NCBI GenBank assembly: GCA_963819655.1
Contig: CAWFXA010000002.1
Span: 1,024,001 to 1,088,000 of the forward strand
Length of the DNA: 64,000 nucleotides
Source: an uncultured Chloroflexia bacterium
Lineage (GTDB): Bacteria > Chloroflexota > Limnocylindria > Limnocylindrales > CSP1-4
Direction: 5' to 3'
Shown here one piece after another: positions 32,313 to 42,715 of this stretch. Every line of letters begins with the position of its first letter. Position 1 is the first letter of the stretch. The notes below the pieces were generated by a model. It worked only from the letters and a program-made list of their open reading frames with translations. It searched no databases and had not been told where the DNA came from. A program made the position numbers and the translations under genes.

Positions 32313-33200
32313 ATGGCCACGCCGACGTTTCGCGACCGAGAGTGTCGGGAGCTCCTGGCATTCGACGAGGTTCGCCACCGACTCGGCTTAGGGACTCGTC
32401 TCCCGGGGGGCCGGCGCGAGGTCGCCGTCGCCGACATCATCGGGTCGGTCGGCCGGGTGTCCGATTTCGACGGCTGCTTCCGGCCCAGGAACCGACGCCT
32501 TCGTGATGAGATCCGTATCCGTGCGGCGAGTCCGGTGGTGGTCGACATGCCGCTCTCGCTGCTCCAGGTGGATCACGCCTTCTTCGTCGAGGACGGCCAC
32601 AAGCGGCTCTCGGCGGCGATCGCCGACGGTCGTCAGTACGTCGATGCGAACGTCGACCAATTCGAGACGCGCTTCCACGTCGCGCCCGGGACGACCATGG
32701 CATCCATCCGGGTCACCGCCAGCGAGCGTAGGTTCCGGAAGGTGACCGGCCTCGATGCGGCAGTCCCGCGACGACGGTTCCCGCTCTCGGATCCGGACGG
32801 CTACCTCGAGCTCCAGGAGTCCGTGAAGGCGCACACGCTCGACTACTCCCGGGCCGAGGCGCGACTCGTCTCCCCGGAGGAGGGCGCCCGGCACTGGTAC
32901 GAGACCGTGTTCGTGCCGATCCTCGAGCTGATCGACTCGACCGGCATGGGCAAGCTTCTCGAGTCGATGACCGACGCGGACCGCTTCCTGTTGTTCAGGC
33001 GTGGCATCGACGTGCCGATGTTGCCCGGCTGGCGCATCCCTCGTGCCGCGGCCGAGCGAGGGGTGGAGAACATCACGGATCGAACGCAGGTCACGCGGAC
33101 CAAGCGACTTGCCTCGCTCGCTCGACGCCCCAAGAAGCGCAACGCACCGCTCCTGCCGGAGGAGACTCAGGGCGACGATGGCGGGTCGTCAGCGCCCTGA
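32313..33200 (+). CDS. ParB/Srx-like-domain protein (DUF4032-associated type)
   Basis: IIGSVGR..DFD..FRP and FFVEDGHKRLS motifs; C-terminal helical region with WYETVF.P. Confidence 0.6.
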   Translation: MATPTFRDRECRELLAFDEVRHRLGLGTRLPGGRREVAVADIIGSVGRVSDFDGCFRPRNRRLRDEIRIRAASPVVVDMPLSLLQVDHAFFVEDGHKRLSAAIADGRQYVDANVDQFETRFHVAPGTTMASIRVTASERRFRKVTGLDAAVPRRRFPLSDPDGYLELQESVKAHTLDYSRAEARLVSPEEGARHWYETVFVPILELIDSTGMGKLLESMTDADRFLLFRRGIDVPMLPGWRIPRAAAERGVENITDRTQVTRTKRLASLARRPKKRNAPLLPEETQGDDGGSSAP

Positions 33201-33407
33201 CCCGCCGTCATTGGTGGTGCCGCCGCGCACCGTCCCGCACGGGAGCGGGTCAGCGCCACGCGACGCGACCCGCCACCAGGGGTCAGACTAGCCAGCACTC
33301 AACGGTGGGTCGCGCGGTCCGGACGACGTCGATGACCCCAAAGACATCACGTCGTCGATCGCACCCCAGCGACCCTCCATGGACCACGCCTGGTAGGAGG
33401 AGAGTCC

Positions 33408-34691
33408 ATGCGTAGGCTGGCCATCCTGGCCGTATCCATCCTGATGCTCGCTGCCGTTCCGGCGGCATCCGCACGCACGACCGACGCGTACGACGCGCCA
33501 ACCGCGAGTGGACTGTGCGAGGCCTTCTTCGGCGTCAGCGCCGGACCGGAGCCGCTGTCCGCGTGTCAGTGGGATATGCGGTACATCAACGCCAATGCCG
33601 CCTCCCGCGCCCTCGCCACAGGCGATGGCGTGACCGTCGGCGTCATCGACAGCGGAATCGACTTCACGCACCCGGACCTCGACAACATCGACGTCGGGCT
33701 CTCGTGTTCGTTCATCAACACCGATACGCCGACCGCCGATCCAGCCGAGATCGCGAACGGCGACTGTTCGAACAAATCGGCAGTCCAGGACCTGAACGGT
33801 CATGGGACCCATGTCGCAACGACGATCGCGGGTGCGCTCGATGGCACCGGCATCGTCGGCGTGGCCCCGGACGCAACGATCGTAAGCCTCAAGGCCTGCA
33901 CGATCATCGGCTTCTGTTTCGTCGATTCGGTCGCGGCCGCGCTGCGCTATGCAGGCGACCAAGGCATCGATGTCGTCAACCTCAGCCTGTTCGCCGACCC
34001 GTACCTCTACTACTGCAGCAACGACGCGGGCCAGCGGGCGATGTACCAGGAGATGAAGAACGCGGCGAAGTACGCGCAGCAGCGCGGCACCGTCGTGGTC
34101 GCCGCGGCCGGCAACGAGCTGCACGACCTCGGTCACCCCGTGACCGACGAGATCAGCCCCGACTGGCCGCCTGACACAGCCGAGAGCCGTCGGATCCACA
34201 ACAACTGCCGCGTCGCCCCCGCAGAGCTGCCGGGCGTCGTGACGGTATCGGCCTCCGGCGTGAACACGCTGGCGGGCTACTCCAACGTCGGCAGCCCGAT
34301 CGATGTCACGGCCCCGGGCGGCGATGCCGCTCAGACGCCGGGCACGACCTTCGGTCGGATCCTGGCGGGTTGGTCCAGCACAGACGGAACCGGCTCGTGG
34401 GAGTTCTTCGCTGCCACCGGCCGAGCCGTCCTCGACGACGGCGGTCGATACGTCTGGATCAGCGGGACGTCGATGGCGTCACCGCACGCCGCGGGTGTCG
34501 CAGCGTTGATCATCGAGAACCACCCGGGCTGGAACCAGGGAGCCGTGGCGGCTGCAGTGCGGTCCACCGCGACGCCGATGGCCTGCCCGAGCCCAGCCGA
34601 TCCGAACCTCCCCCGCTGCTTTGGCGGTCGTGGCAACACGACCTTCTTCGGCGCCGGCATGGTGAACGCCCTGGCGGCCGCCTCGAAGTAA
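33408..34691 (+). CDS. Secreted S8 (subtilisin-like) serine peptidase
   Basis: Signal peptide; catalytic triad GVIDSG / HGTHVA / GTSMASPH; AAAGN; AGGAGG RBS. Confidence 0.93.
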   Translation: MRRLAILAVSILMLAAVPAASARTTDAYDAPTASGLCEAFFGVSAGPEPLSACQWDMRYINANAASRALATGDGVTVGVIDSGIDFTHPDLDNIDVGLSCSFINTDTPTADPAEIANGDCSNKSAVQDLNGHGTHVATTIAGALDGTGIVGVAPDATIVSLKACTIIGFCFVDSVAAALRYAGDQGIDVVNLSLFADPYLYYCSNDAGQRAMYQEMKNAAKYAQQRGTVVVAAAGNELHDLGHPVTDEISPDWPPDTAESRRIHNNCRVAPAELPGVVTVSASGVNTLAGYSNVGSPIDVTAPGGDAAQTPGTTFGRILAGWSSTDGTGSWEFFAATGRAVLDDGGRYVWISGTSMASPHAAGVAALIIENHPGWNQGAVAAAVRSTATPMACPSPADPNLPRCFGGRGNTTFFGAGMVNALAAASK

Positions 34692-34720
34692 AGACTTGTT
34701 CGCTCCGCGAACCCCAGGAA

Positions 34721-34745
34721 GGGCCGCCGGCATAGCCGGCGGCCC
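34721..34745 (+). other. Strong intergenic hairpin between the two peptidase genes
   Basis: GGGCCGCCGGC-ATA-GCCGGCGGCCC (11-bp stem, no U-tract). Confidence 0.55.
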
Positions 34746-34772
34746 AGAGCCACATGAAGTGGAGGAGGCCGT

Positions 34773-36290
34773 ATGCGCTCTCGACGGATCGCCGCGCTGT
34801 CGATCGTTCTGACGATCGGCGCGCTTGTTGCCGCGCTCGCCCCACCGGCGTTCGCCGCAGACATCAATGAATCAAAGGGCTTTCGCAAGGCGGTGACGCT
34901 CGCCGGCATCCGCGAGCATCAGGCCGCTCTCCAGGAGATCGCCGACGACAACGACGGCACACGATCGTCGGGTACGCCCGGCTATCGCGCGTCGGCCGAC
35001 TATGTCGCGGGGAAGCTCGAGGCTGCCGGTTACGACGCCACGCTCCAGCCCTTCCCGTTCGCGTTCTATCGACAGCTTGCGCCGTCGACGTTCGAGCGCG
35101 TGTCGCCGAACCCGACCACGTACACGGAAGGTGCCGGGGCCGATTACACCCCGATGACCTATTCGGGTTCCGGGAATGTGACGGCCTCGGTATCGACCGT
35201 CGCGGCGCTTGGTTGCGAGAGCGCCAACTTCGCCGGTTTCCCTGCAGGCAATATCGCGCTCATCTCACGCGGTGCCTGCACGTTCGGGATCAAGGCCGCC
35301 AATGCCCAAACCGCGGGGGCGTCCGCGGTCGTCATCTACAACAACGCCGCCGGTCCGCTCAACGGCACGCTCGGGGCGCCGAACTACACGATCCCGGTCC
35401 TTGGCACGACCCAGGCGATCGGCGTGGAGAATGCGGCCCTCGTTCCCGGGGGATTGACGTTCCACGTCATGACCTCGACCGACAGCGAGACAAGGACGAC
35501 ATGGAACGTGATCGCCGAGACCGCGTCTGGTGATCCGAACCGCGTGGTCGTCGTCGGCGCCCACCTCGACAGCGTCCTGCCGGGACCGGGCATCAACGAC
35601 AACGGGTCGGGTTCGGCGACGATCCTCGAGATCGCCGAGGTCTTCGCCGCGCAGAACCGTGTCGCCCGCAACAAGCTCCGGTTCATGTGGTACGGCGCCG
35701 AGGAGTTCAATCTCCTGGGCTCGGCGTTCTACGTGAATGGTCTGTCGGTGGCCGAGCGGGACAAGATCATGGCGATGATCAACTTCGACATGGTCGGGTC
35801 GCCCAACTATGTTCGCTTCGTCTACGACGGCGACAACTCCGCCTTCCCCGTCGGGCCAGGAGCGGCCGAGGGTCCTCCGGGCTCCGCCTACCTGGAAACG
35901 CTGTTCGTCGACTACTTCAACGCCGTTGGTCTCGCCAGCGATCCCACGCCATTCAGTGGTCGCTCCGACTACGGCCCGTTCATCGCGGTCGGTGTCCCGG
36001 CCGGCGGGCTGTTCACGGGCGCCGAAGGGATCAAGACGGCCGCCCAGGCTGCGACATACGGGGGCACGGCGGGCACGGCCTACGACCCGTGCTACCACCA
36101 GGCGTGCGATACGTACGCCAACAACAGCAACACCGGCCTCGATCAGATGTCCGATGCCGCCGCGCACGTCGCCCTGACGCTGTCACGGGTGAAGGTCGAC
36201 GTTCGCCAGACGGATGCAGTGGCCGCGCTGCGGACGTCCGGTAGCCGCGTGGCCGACGCGCCGGGTCCGGAGGAACTCCCCGACCGGTAG
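34773..36290 (+). CDS. Secreted M28 aminopeptidase with a PA domain
   Basis: Signal peptide, ALISRGACTF..K (PA), GAHLDSV, GINDNGSG, AEE, NFDM, RSDY and YHQACD motifs. Confidence 0.93.
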   Translation: MRSRRIAALSIVLTIGALVAALAPPAFAADINESKGFRKAVTLAGIREHQAALQEIADDNDGTRSSGTPGYRASADYVAGKLEAAGYDATLQPFPFAFYRQLAPSTFERVSPNPTTYTEGAGADYTPMTYSGSGNVTASVSTVAALGCESANFAGFPAGNIALISRGACTFGIKAANAQTAGASAVVIYNNAAGPLNGTLGAPNYTIPVLGTTQAIGVENAALVPGGLTFHVMTSTDSETRTTWNVIAETASGDPNRVVVVGAHLDSVLPGPGINDNGSGSATILEIAEVFAAQNRVARNKLRFMWYGAEEFNLLGSAFYVNGLSVAERDKIMAMINFDMVGSPNYVRFVYDGDNSAFPVGPGAAEGPPGSAYLETLFVDYFNAVGLASDPTPFSGRSDYGPFIAVGVPAGGLFTGAEGIKTAAQAATYGGTAGTAYDPCYHQACDTYANNSNTGLDQMSDAAAHVALTLSRVKVDVRQTDAVAALRTSGSRVADAPGPEELPDR

Positions 36291-36311
36291 CCAGTCGATC
36301 AAGTCAAGTGG

Positions 36312-36346
36312 AGAGCGGGTCTGGTCCCCAGGCCCGCTCTTCGTTT
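36312..36346 (+). terminator. Probable intrinsic terminator
   Basis: AGAGCGGGTCTGG-TCC-CCAGGCCCGCTCT followed by TCGTTT. Confidence 0.65.
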
Positions 36347-36484
36347 CCTCAGCGGCTCAGATGAGCCGCTTCCCGTCCAACGCGAGTCGCCTAACGACTG
36401 AACCGAAAGCAGGCTCATTCCGAGACGGCCCGCAACCTCGCCCCAGCGTAGAATCAGGGTCCCTTCGCCGAATGGAGCCCTGCC

Positions 36485-37192
36485 ATGAAGCTCTTCCTGG
36501 ACACCGCTGACATCGAAGAGATCCGCACCGTCGCCCGCTGGGGCGTGCTCGACGGTGTGACCACCAACCCGACGCTGTTCTCCAAGACCACCGGCCGGAC
36601 CTACGAGGAGGTCCTCAAGGAGATCTGCACGATCACCAGCGGCCCGGTCTCCGCGGAGGTCGTCGCCGACGAAGTCGAGGGGATGCTCACCGAAGGACGT
36701 GCGTTCGCCAAGCTCGCCCCGAACATCGTCGTCAAGGTCCCGATGAGCGTCGAAGGCCTCGAGGCGATGAGCCGCTTCGCCGAAGAGGGGATCAAGACCA
36801 ACTGCACGCTGATCTTCACCGCGAACCAAGGACTGCTCGCAGCCAAGGCCGGCGCCAGCCTGCTATCGCCGTTCGTCGGGCGCCTCGATGACATCAACCA
36901 GGACGGGATGATCGTCGTCCGCGAACTCGTGGAGATCGTCGAGCTCCATCAGCTCGAGACAGAGGTCCTCGCGGCGTCGATCCGGAACCCGGTCCACATG
37001 ACCCAGGCGGCCCTCGCAGGCGCGCACGTGGCGACGCTGCCCTTCAAGATCCTCGAGCAGATGGTCCACCACCCGCTCACCGACAAGGGCATCACCCAGT
37101 TCCGGTCGGACTGGGACAAGGCGCGCAAGGCGCTTGCCGAGAAGGCGGGAGCCGCCCAGAGCGACATCAAGCCGACCGAGGCGCGCGCCTAA
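36485..37192 (+). CDS. fsa: Transaldolase / fructose-6-phosphate aldolase (FSA/TalC family)
   Basis: LFLDTA, GVTTNPTL, VVKVP, NCTLIF, SPFVGRLDD, AASIR and HPLTDKG motifs; TAGAAT -10 at 36449. Confidence 0.93.
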   Translation: MKLFLDTADIEEIRTVARWGVLDGVTTNPTLFSKTTGRTYEEVLKEICTITSGPVSAEVVADEVEGMLTEGRAFAKLAPNIVVKVPMSVEGLEAMSRFAEEGIKTNCTLIFTANQGLLAAKAGASLLSPFVGRLDDINQDGMIVVRELVEIVELHQLETEVLAASIRNPVHMTQAALAGAHVATLPFKILEQMVHHPLTDKGITQFRSDWDKARKALAEKAGAAQSDIKPTEARA

Positions 37193-37225
37193 CGCCTCGC
37201 TGAGGCCACCGGAGGAGGGAAGCGC

Positions 37226-39020
37226 GTGGCTGCGACGGAGGAGGTCCTCGGCCAGTTCCTCGGCGACGACACGTTCCCGGTGTCATGGGATTCGGAGGTC
37301 GAGAAGGACTTCTTCTGGGTCTACGACGACCTCCACATCCCCCATCCGGTCAGCCCGATGTTCTTCGACATCGGTGGTTGGTGGCTCAGCTGCGACCACA
37401 TGTTCCGCCGGTTCGGGACGCCGTTCGCGGTCGACTGGCTGGCCAAGAACGTCAACGGCTACGTGTACACCACGGCCATTCCAGGCCGACCCTGACGTCC
37501 GCATCGAGGGCACCGAGTACAGCTCGCGCTACCAGGCACGCGTCCCGCGAGATGACACGTTCGCCACGTCGATGGGCGCCTATCTCGACACGGTCCTACC
37601 CGTCTACGGTGAGCACTTCGCCGACTGGTGGCACGACCGGCTCGTGCCCGAGATGCAACGCAACTTCGCGTACCTCGAGGAGCGCCTCGACGCCGCCGAC
37701 GACATGTCGCTGGCCGAGACCGCGACCCTCCTCGAGGACGCGATCGACATCCACGACCGGCACTGGAAGATCCACTGGATGCTCAACTTCGCCCAGCTGT
37801 CGGCGACGCTGAAGCTGCGCGCGGTGATGGAGAAGACCCGTGGCTCGGTTGACGAGGAGCTATTGGGACGGCTCCAGAATTCGGCCTCGGACCGCAACTG
37901 GGACTCGATCGGGGCGCTCTGGCGGATGAAGAACGAGGTCCGCGACGAACCCGAGCTGCGGACGGCGTTCGAGCCCGACGACGTCGACCGGATCGCCGCA
38001 GCCCTCCGCGCGTCGGAGCGAGGCCGACGCTTCATCAGCGAACGCGTCGAGCCGTACCAGCGCGAATTCGGCTGGCACGCCGTGTGGAGCCACGAGTTCA
38101 TCTTCCCGACGGTGCGCGAAGAGATGAGGCCGGTCCTCGAGCTGATCCGCGGCTACCTCGTCAGCGACTACGACTTCCCGAGCGCGATCGAGGCGATGCG
38201 CCGGGACATCACGGCCGCCTCGCAGGAGATCCTGAGCGGACTCGCCGGGGAGGCGCTCGAGGAGATGCGGGAGTCGAACGCGGTGAACCTCCGGATGGCG
38301 CCGCTGACGCCCGATCACCACTTCTACATCGACCAGGGCGCGAACGCCCACGTCCGGCTCGTGCTCCTGGCGGTCGGCAGGAAGCTCGTCGAATCCGGAC
38401 GGCTCGATCAGCCCGACGACGTCCTGTTCCTGCGTTACAACGAGCTGCGGGCGCTCATCGGCAGCGCGGATGCGCTCGATGCCCGGACGCTCGTCTCCAC
38501 GCGGCGTGCCGAGCGCGACGCCGCTCGGGAGCTCCACCCGCGGGATTGGGTCGGCACGGTCACGCCGTCGCAGCTGGCCTTCCCATACCTCGTCAATTGG
38601 GGCTATCCGGAGCGCTTCCACCGCCAGCAGTCCGACGACGAAAGCGTGATCAGCGGCATCGCGGGCTCGCCCGGCACGATCGAGGGGATCGCGCGCGTCG
38701 TCACCACGGTCGATGAGTTCGACGAGGTGCGCGACGGCGACATCCTCGTGTGCCAGATGACGAATCCCGCGTGGGTCGTGCTGTTCACCAAGATCGCGGG
38801 GCTCGTGACCGACACCGGTGGGACGACATCGCATCCGGCCGTGCTCGCGCGGGAGTTCGGGATCCCGGCCGTCATCGGGACGTCCGTGGCGACGCGTCGG
38901 ATCAAGACCGGCGACCGTCTCCGGGTCGACGGGGGCGCCGGCCGCGTCGAGATCCTCGCCGCTGAACCCGCGGCGCCAGCCGCACCCGCACCGTCAGCGG
39001 TCGAGGCGATCGGGCGTTGA
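37226..39020 (+). CDS. PEP-utilizing phospho-His protein, phenylphosphate synthase alpha / CreH-like, no ATP-grasp domain (frameshift near 37483)
   Basis: GGAGG RBS and GTG; N-terminal FW.YDDLHIPHPVSP motif; C-terminal swivel domain LVCQMTNPAW...DTGGTTSHPAVLAREFGIPAV. Confidence 0.8.
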
Positions 39021-39065
39021 GCGCGGCCCGGGACCAGGTGGATCGGGTCCGGTAGGGCCGGACCC

Positions 39066-39921
39066 ATGCGTGCGTTCGCCTACGAGCGGCCGAGCGAACT
39101 GGCCGAGGTCATCGGCCTGCTCGCCGATCAGGGACCGGACGTGCGCCTTCTCGCGGGCGGCACCGACCTCATCATCCGCATCCGGGACGGCTCGATCCAG
39201 CCGCGCACAGTGGTCGACGTCAAGGGCGTCGCCGAGCTGGAGCGGGGCATCCGGGAGGTCGACGGTCATCTCTCCATCGGGGCGCGGACCGTGATGACCG
39301 ACCTGCTGCGCGACGAGCGCATCCGGCGTGACTACGCGGCGCTGGCAGAGGCGGCCGCCGTCGTTGGAGCAGTGCAGATCAGGAACCGGGCGACCCTGGC
39401 CGGCAACATCTGCAACGCGTCCCCGGCAGCCGACACGGCGCCCGCCCTGCTCGCATTCGGCGCGCGCGTCGTCGCGGTCGGGCCCGATGGCCACCGTGTC
39501 ATCCCGCTCGACGCGTTCTTCGTGCGCTCCGGTGTCACGACGCTGGCGGCCGGCGAGCTTGTGTCCGCGATCGAGCTTCCGCTGCCGGTGACGCCGCGCG
39601 GATCTGTCCATGTCCGGCGCACGCGCCGACGAGGCCATGATCTCGCCTCGGTCACGCTGGCGTGCACGGTCGACGCCGAGGGGGTCACGCGGATCGCGTA
39701 TGGCAGCCTGGGTCCGCGGCCGCTGCTCGTCGTCGACGAGACCGGCGTCCTCGCGGATCCCGCAGCGACGGACGCGGCGCGTGAAGCACGACTCGCTGAG
39801 CTGTTCTCCGACGCGGCACCGTCGCCGACGATCGATGCGGGCGAGCCCCGAGTACCGCCTCGCGATGCTTCGGGTCCTGGGGCTGCGCGCGGTTCGCAGG
39901 ACCATCGAGCGGCTGGCATGA
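39066..39921 (+). CDS. Xanthine dehydrogenase family FAD-binding subunit (CoxM/XdhB-like; frameshift near 39831)
   Basis: LAGGTDL and QIRNRATLAGNICNASPAAD; the +1 frame ends SMRASPEYR...; no HcrB-type Cys insert. Confidence 0.88.
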
Positions 39922-40474
39922 CCACCCGCCGCATCGAGCTCACCGTCAACGGGCGCGCCCGAGCGGTCGACGTCCAGCCGCACCACACGCTGCTCGAGGT
40001 CCTCCGCGACGACCTCGGCCTCACGGGCACGAAAGAGTGCTGCCTGGTTGGGGAGTGCGGCGCCTGTACGGTCCTGGTCGACGATGTGAGCGTCGATTCG
40101 TGCCTGATGCTCGGCGTCGAGGCGGACGGCGCGTCGATCACGACGGTCGAAGGGCTCGCCCTCGGCGACCGGCTGCATCCGCTCCAGCAGGCATTCCTCG
40201 ACACGGGCGCGGCCCAGTGCGGCTTCTGCATCCCTGGTCAGCTCCTGTCCGCGGCCGCGTTACTGGCAGAGATCCCGCACCCGACTCGCCCCGAGATCGA
40301 GGAGGGGCTTGCCGGCAACCTGTGCCGCTGCGCTGGCTACGAGCAGATCATCGAAGCGGTTGCAGCCGCGGCCACGCCGGCGACCGAAGCGGCGCTTCGC
40401 GAGCACGCCACGCTGGGCTCCCTGCGGTCGGCGACCGCGCGTCGACGCCGGATGCGGAGCTTGCACCGCAATGA
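39918..40474 (+). CDS. Xanthine dehydrogenase family [2Fe-2S] subunit (3' end uncertain)
   Basis: ATG overlaps the previous stop; GTKECCLVGECGACTV, QCGFCIPG and NLCRCAGY. The tail probably shifts frame to TGA 40474; otherwise it reads to 40640. Confidence 0.85.
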
Positions 40475-42715
40475 CGGTCGTCGGCAGCTCACCGGCGCGG
40501 GTCGGCGGGGTGGATCGCGTGACCGGCCGACAGGCGTATGTCGCCGACATCCACATCGAGGACACCCTCCACGTGAAGCTCGTGACGCTCGACGTGGCTC
40601 GCGCGCGGATCGGCTCGATCGACACGAGTGCGGCACGTGACGTCCCGGGCGTCCGCCTCGTCATGACGGCCGCGGACCTGCCCAAGCCGATGCCGCGATT
40701 CGGTCCGCAACGGCGCGACCGGCCGGTCCTCGCGGTCGACGAGACCAAGTACCACGGCGACCCCGTGGCCGCAGTGGCCGCCGACTCCCGGGATGCCGCC
40801 GAGGAGGCAGCCCGCCTCGTGCGGGTCGAGTTCGAGGAGCTGCCCGCCCTCCACACACTCGCCGCGGCGCTCGCGCCAGACGCGCCCCTTGTGCAGGATC
40901 CCGCACTGCGCCCGAACGATCCCCAGGCCGAGACCAACGTGCTCCACGAACACCGCCACAGCTGGGGCGACCTTGACGCCGCCGAACGCGAGGCGGAGAT
41001 CGTGGTCGAGGGCACGTACACGTTCCCGATGGTCACCCAGTTCGCGATCGAGCCGCACGCGTTCATGGCCGCCCCGGACGGCGATGGCATCGCCATCTGG
41101 AGCGCGATCCAGCACCCGAACTGGCTGCAGCGCGTCATCGGCGAGCTCCTAGGTCTGCCCCTCGCCAAGGTGCGCGTCCACGCGCCCGACCCGGGCGGCG
41201 CATTCGGGGGCAAGCAGCACGCGAAGTACGAGCCGCTGCTGGCGTTCATGGCGCTCGCCACCGGCCGGCCGGTCAAGCTGGTTCTATCGCTCGAGGAGAC
41301 GTTCCAGGCGGTCCGCCGTGGCGCGGCCGAGGTCCACGTCCGAACCGGTTTCCGACGCGACGGCACGCTCGTCTTCCGCGACCTCGAGGCGAACTACCTG
41401 ATCGGTGCCTACGCCGACATCGCGGACCGGACCGTGGCGAAGGGCAGCTACACCTCGATGGGTCCGTACCGCTGTCCGGCGGTCCGGATCGTCGCCCGCA
41501 GCGTGCTGTCGCACACCGTGCCGTCCACCGCGTTCCGTGGGTTCGGCAATCCCCAGCAGATCTGGGCGGTCGAGTCGAACATGAACGAGGCGGCGCGGGC
41601 GCTCGGCATCGATCCGCTTGAGCTGCGGTTGCGCAACCTGGCAGGTCCCGGCGAGACGTTCATCCCCGGCGACACGCCGGCCGATGGCGACTGGGCGGTC
41701 GCGGTGCGACGGGCGGCCGAGATGATCGGCTGGGACTCGCCGCTGCCGGCGGGTCGAGGCCGAGGTCTCGCGCTCGGCTTGAAATCGGGGCCGACCACCG
41801 GCCTGTCGTATTCGACCGTCAGGCTGCTGGTCGATGGCAGCGTCGTCGTCTACGCCGGCACGTCCGACATGGGGCAGGGCGCGCGGACGATCTTCGCCCA
41901 GATCGCCGCCGACGAGCTCGGCGCGCCGCTCGAGTGGGTGAAGGTCGTCTCGGGCGACACGGCGGTCGTGCCGTACGACCAGCAGACCTCGGCCAGTCGG
42001 TCGTCGGTGTTCATGGGGAACGCGGTGCTGCGCGCCTGCCAGGACATCCAGGCCAAGGTCCGGTCGATGGCGGCGCGGCTGGAGTCGGTCGATGCGGCGG
42101 AGGTCACCGTGGAGCGCGGCGAGGTACGAATCGGCGATCGCAGTGCTCTCGATCCGCGATGTCGTCCGGCGCGGCCTCGGTCGACTCGGTGGCGAGCTCA
42201 TCGGCGTCGGTGAGATGCGCAAGGACGCCGAGCCCGACCATCCGCTCGGCGGCACCGCGGCGTTCTACGAGTTCAACGCGACGGCGGTCGAGGTCGAGGT
42301 CGATCGCGACACCGGCGATATCACGATCCCGAGGTATGTGACGGTGTCGGACGTCGGCAAGGCGCTGAATCCGCTGCAGGTCCGCGGCCAGGACGAGGGT
42401 GCCGCGGTGATGGGACTCGGGCACACGCTGATGGAGCACTACATCTGGGACGACGAGGGCCGGATCCGGAACCTCGGCGCCATCGACTACCGGATCCCGA
42501 CGTCGATGGACCTGCCGCTCGAGATGGCGAGCGACATGGTCGAGAACGCCGACGGGCCCGGACCGTATGGCGCGAAGGGGATGAGCGAAGGGGCGCTCCT
42601 CCCGGTCGCTCCGGCCGTGGCCGCGGCGGTGCGCGACGCGACCGGTGTCTCGATCCGGGACCTGCCGTTGACGCCGGAGCGGGTCTGGCGCGCGCTCCAG
42701 GATGCCGGCGAATGA
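40471..42715 (+). CDS. Xanthine dehydrogenase family molybdopterin-binding large subunit (frameshift near 42142)
   Basis: RVTG...YVAD, EPH, GGAFGGK, AFRGFG, DMGQG and SASRS; the +1 frame has DVGKALNP, DYRIPT and GAKGMSE. Confidence 0.9.

Noticed and set aside
39066-40640. Natural FAD-subunit/[2Fe-2S] fusion (524-aa ORF)
   Set aside because: It arises from a +1 shift near 39831. The true FAD C-terminus (MRASPEYR) is in another frame and ends in an ATGA overlap with the Fe-S start.
39066-42715. Aerobic CO dehydrogenase (coxMSL) or 4-hydroxybenzoyl-CoA reductase
   Set aside because: The large subunit has AFRGFG rather than AYxCSFR, there are no cox accessory genes, and the FAD subunit lacks the [4Fe-4S] Cys insert.
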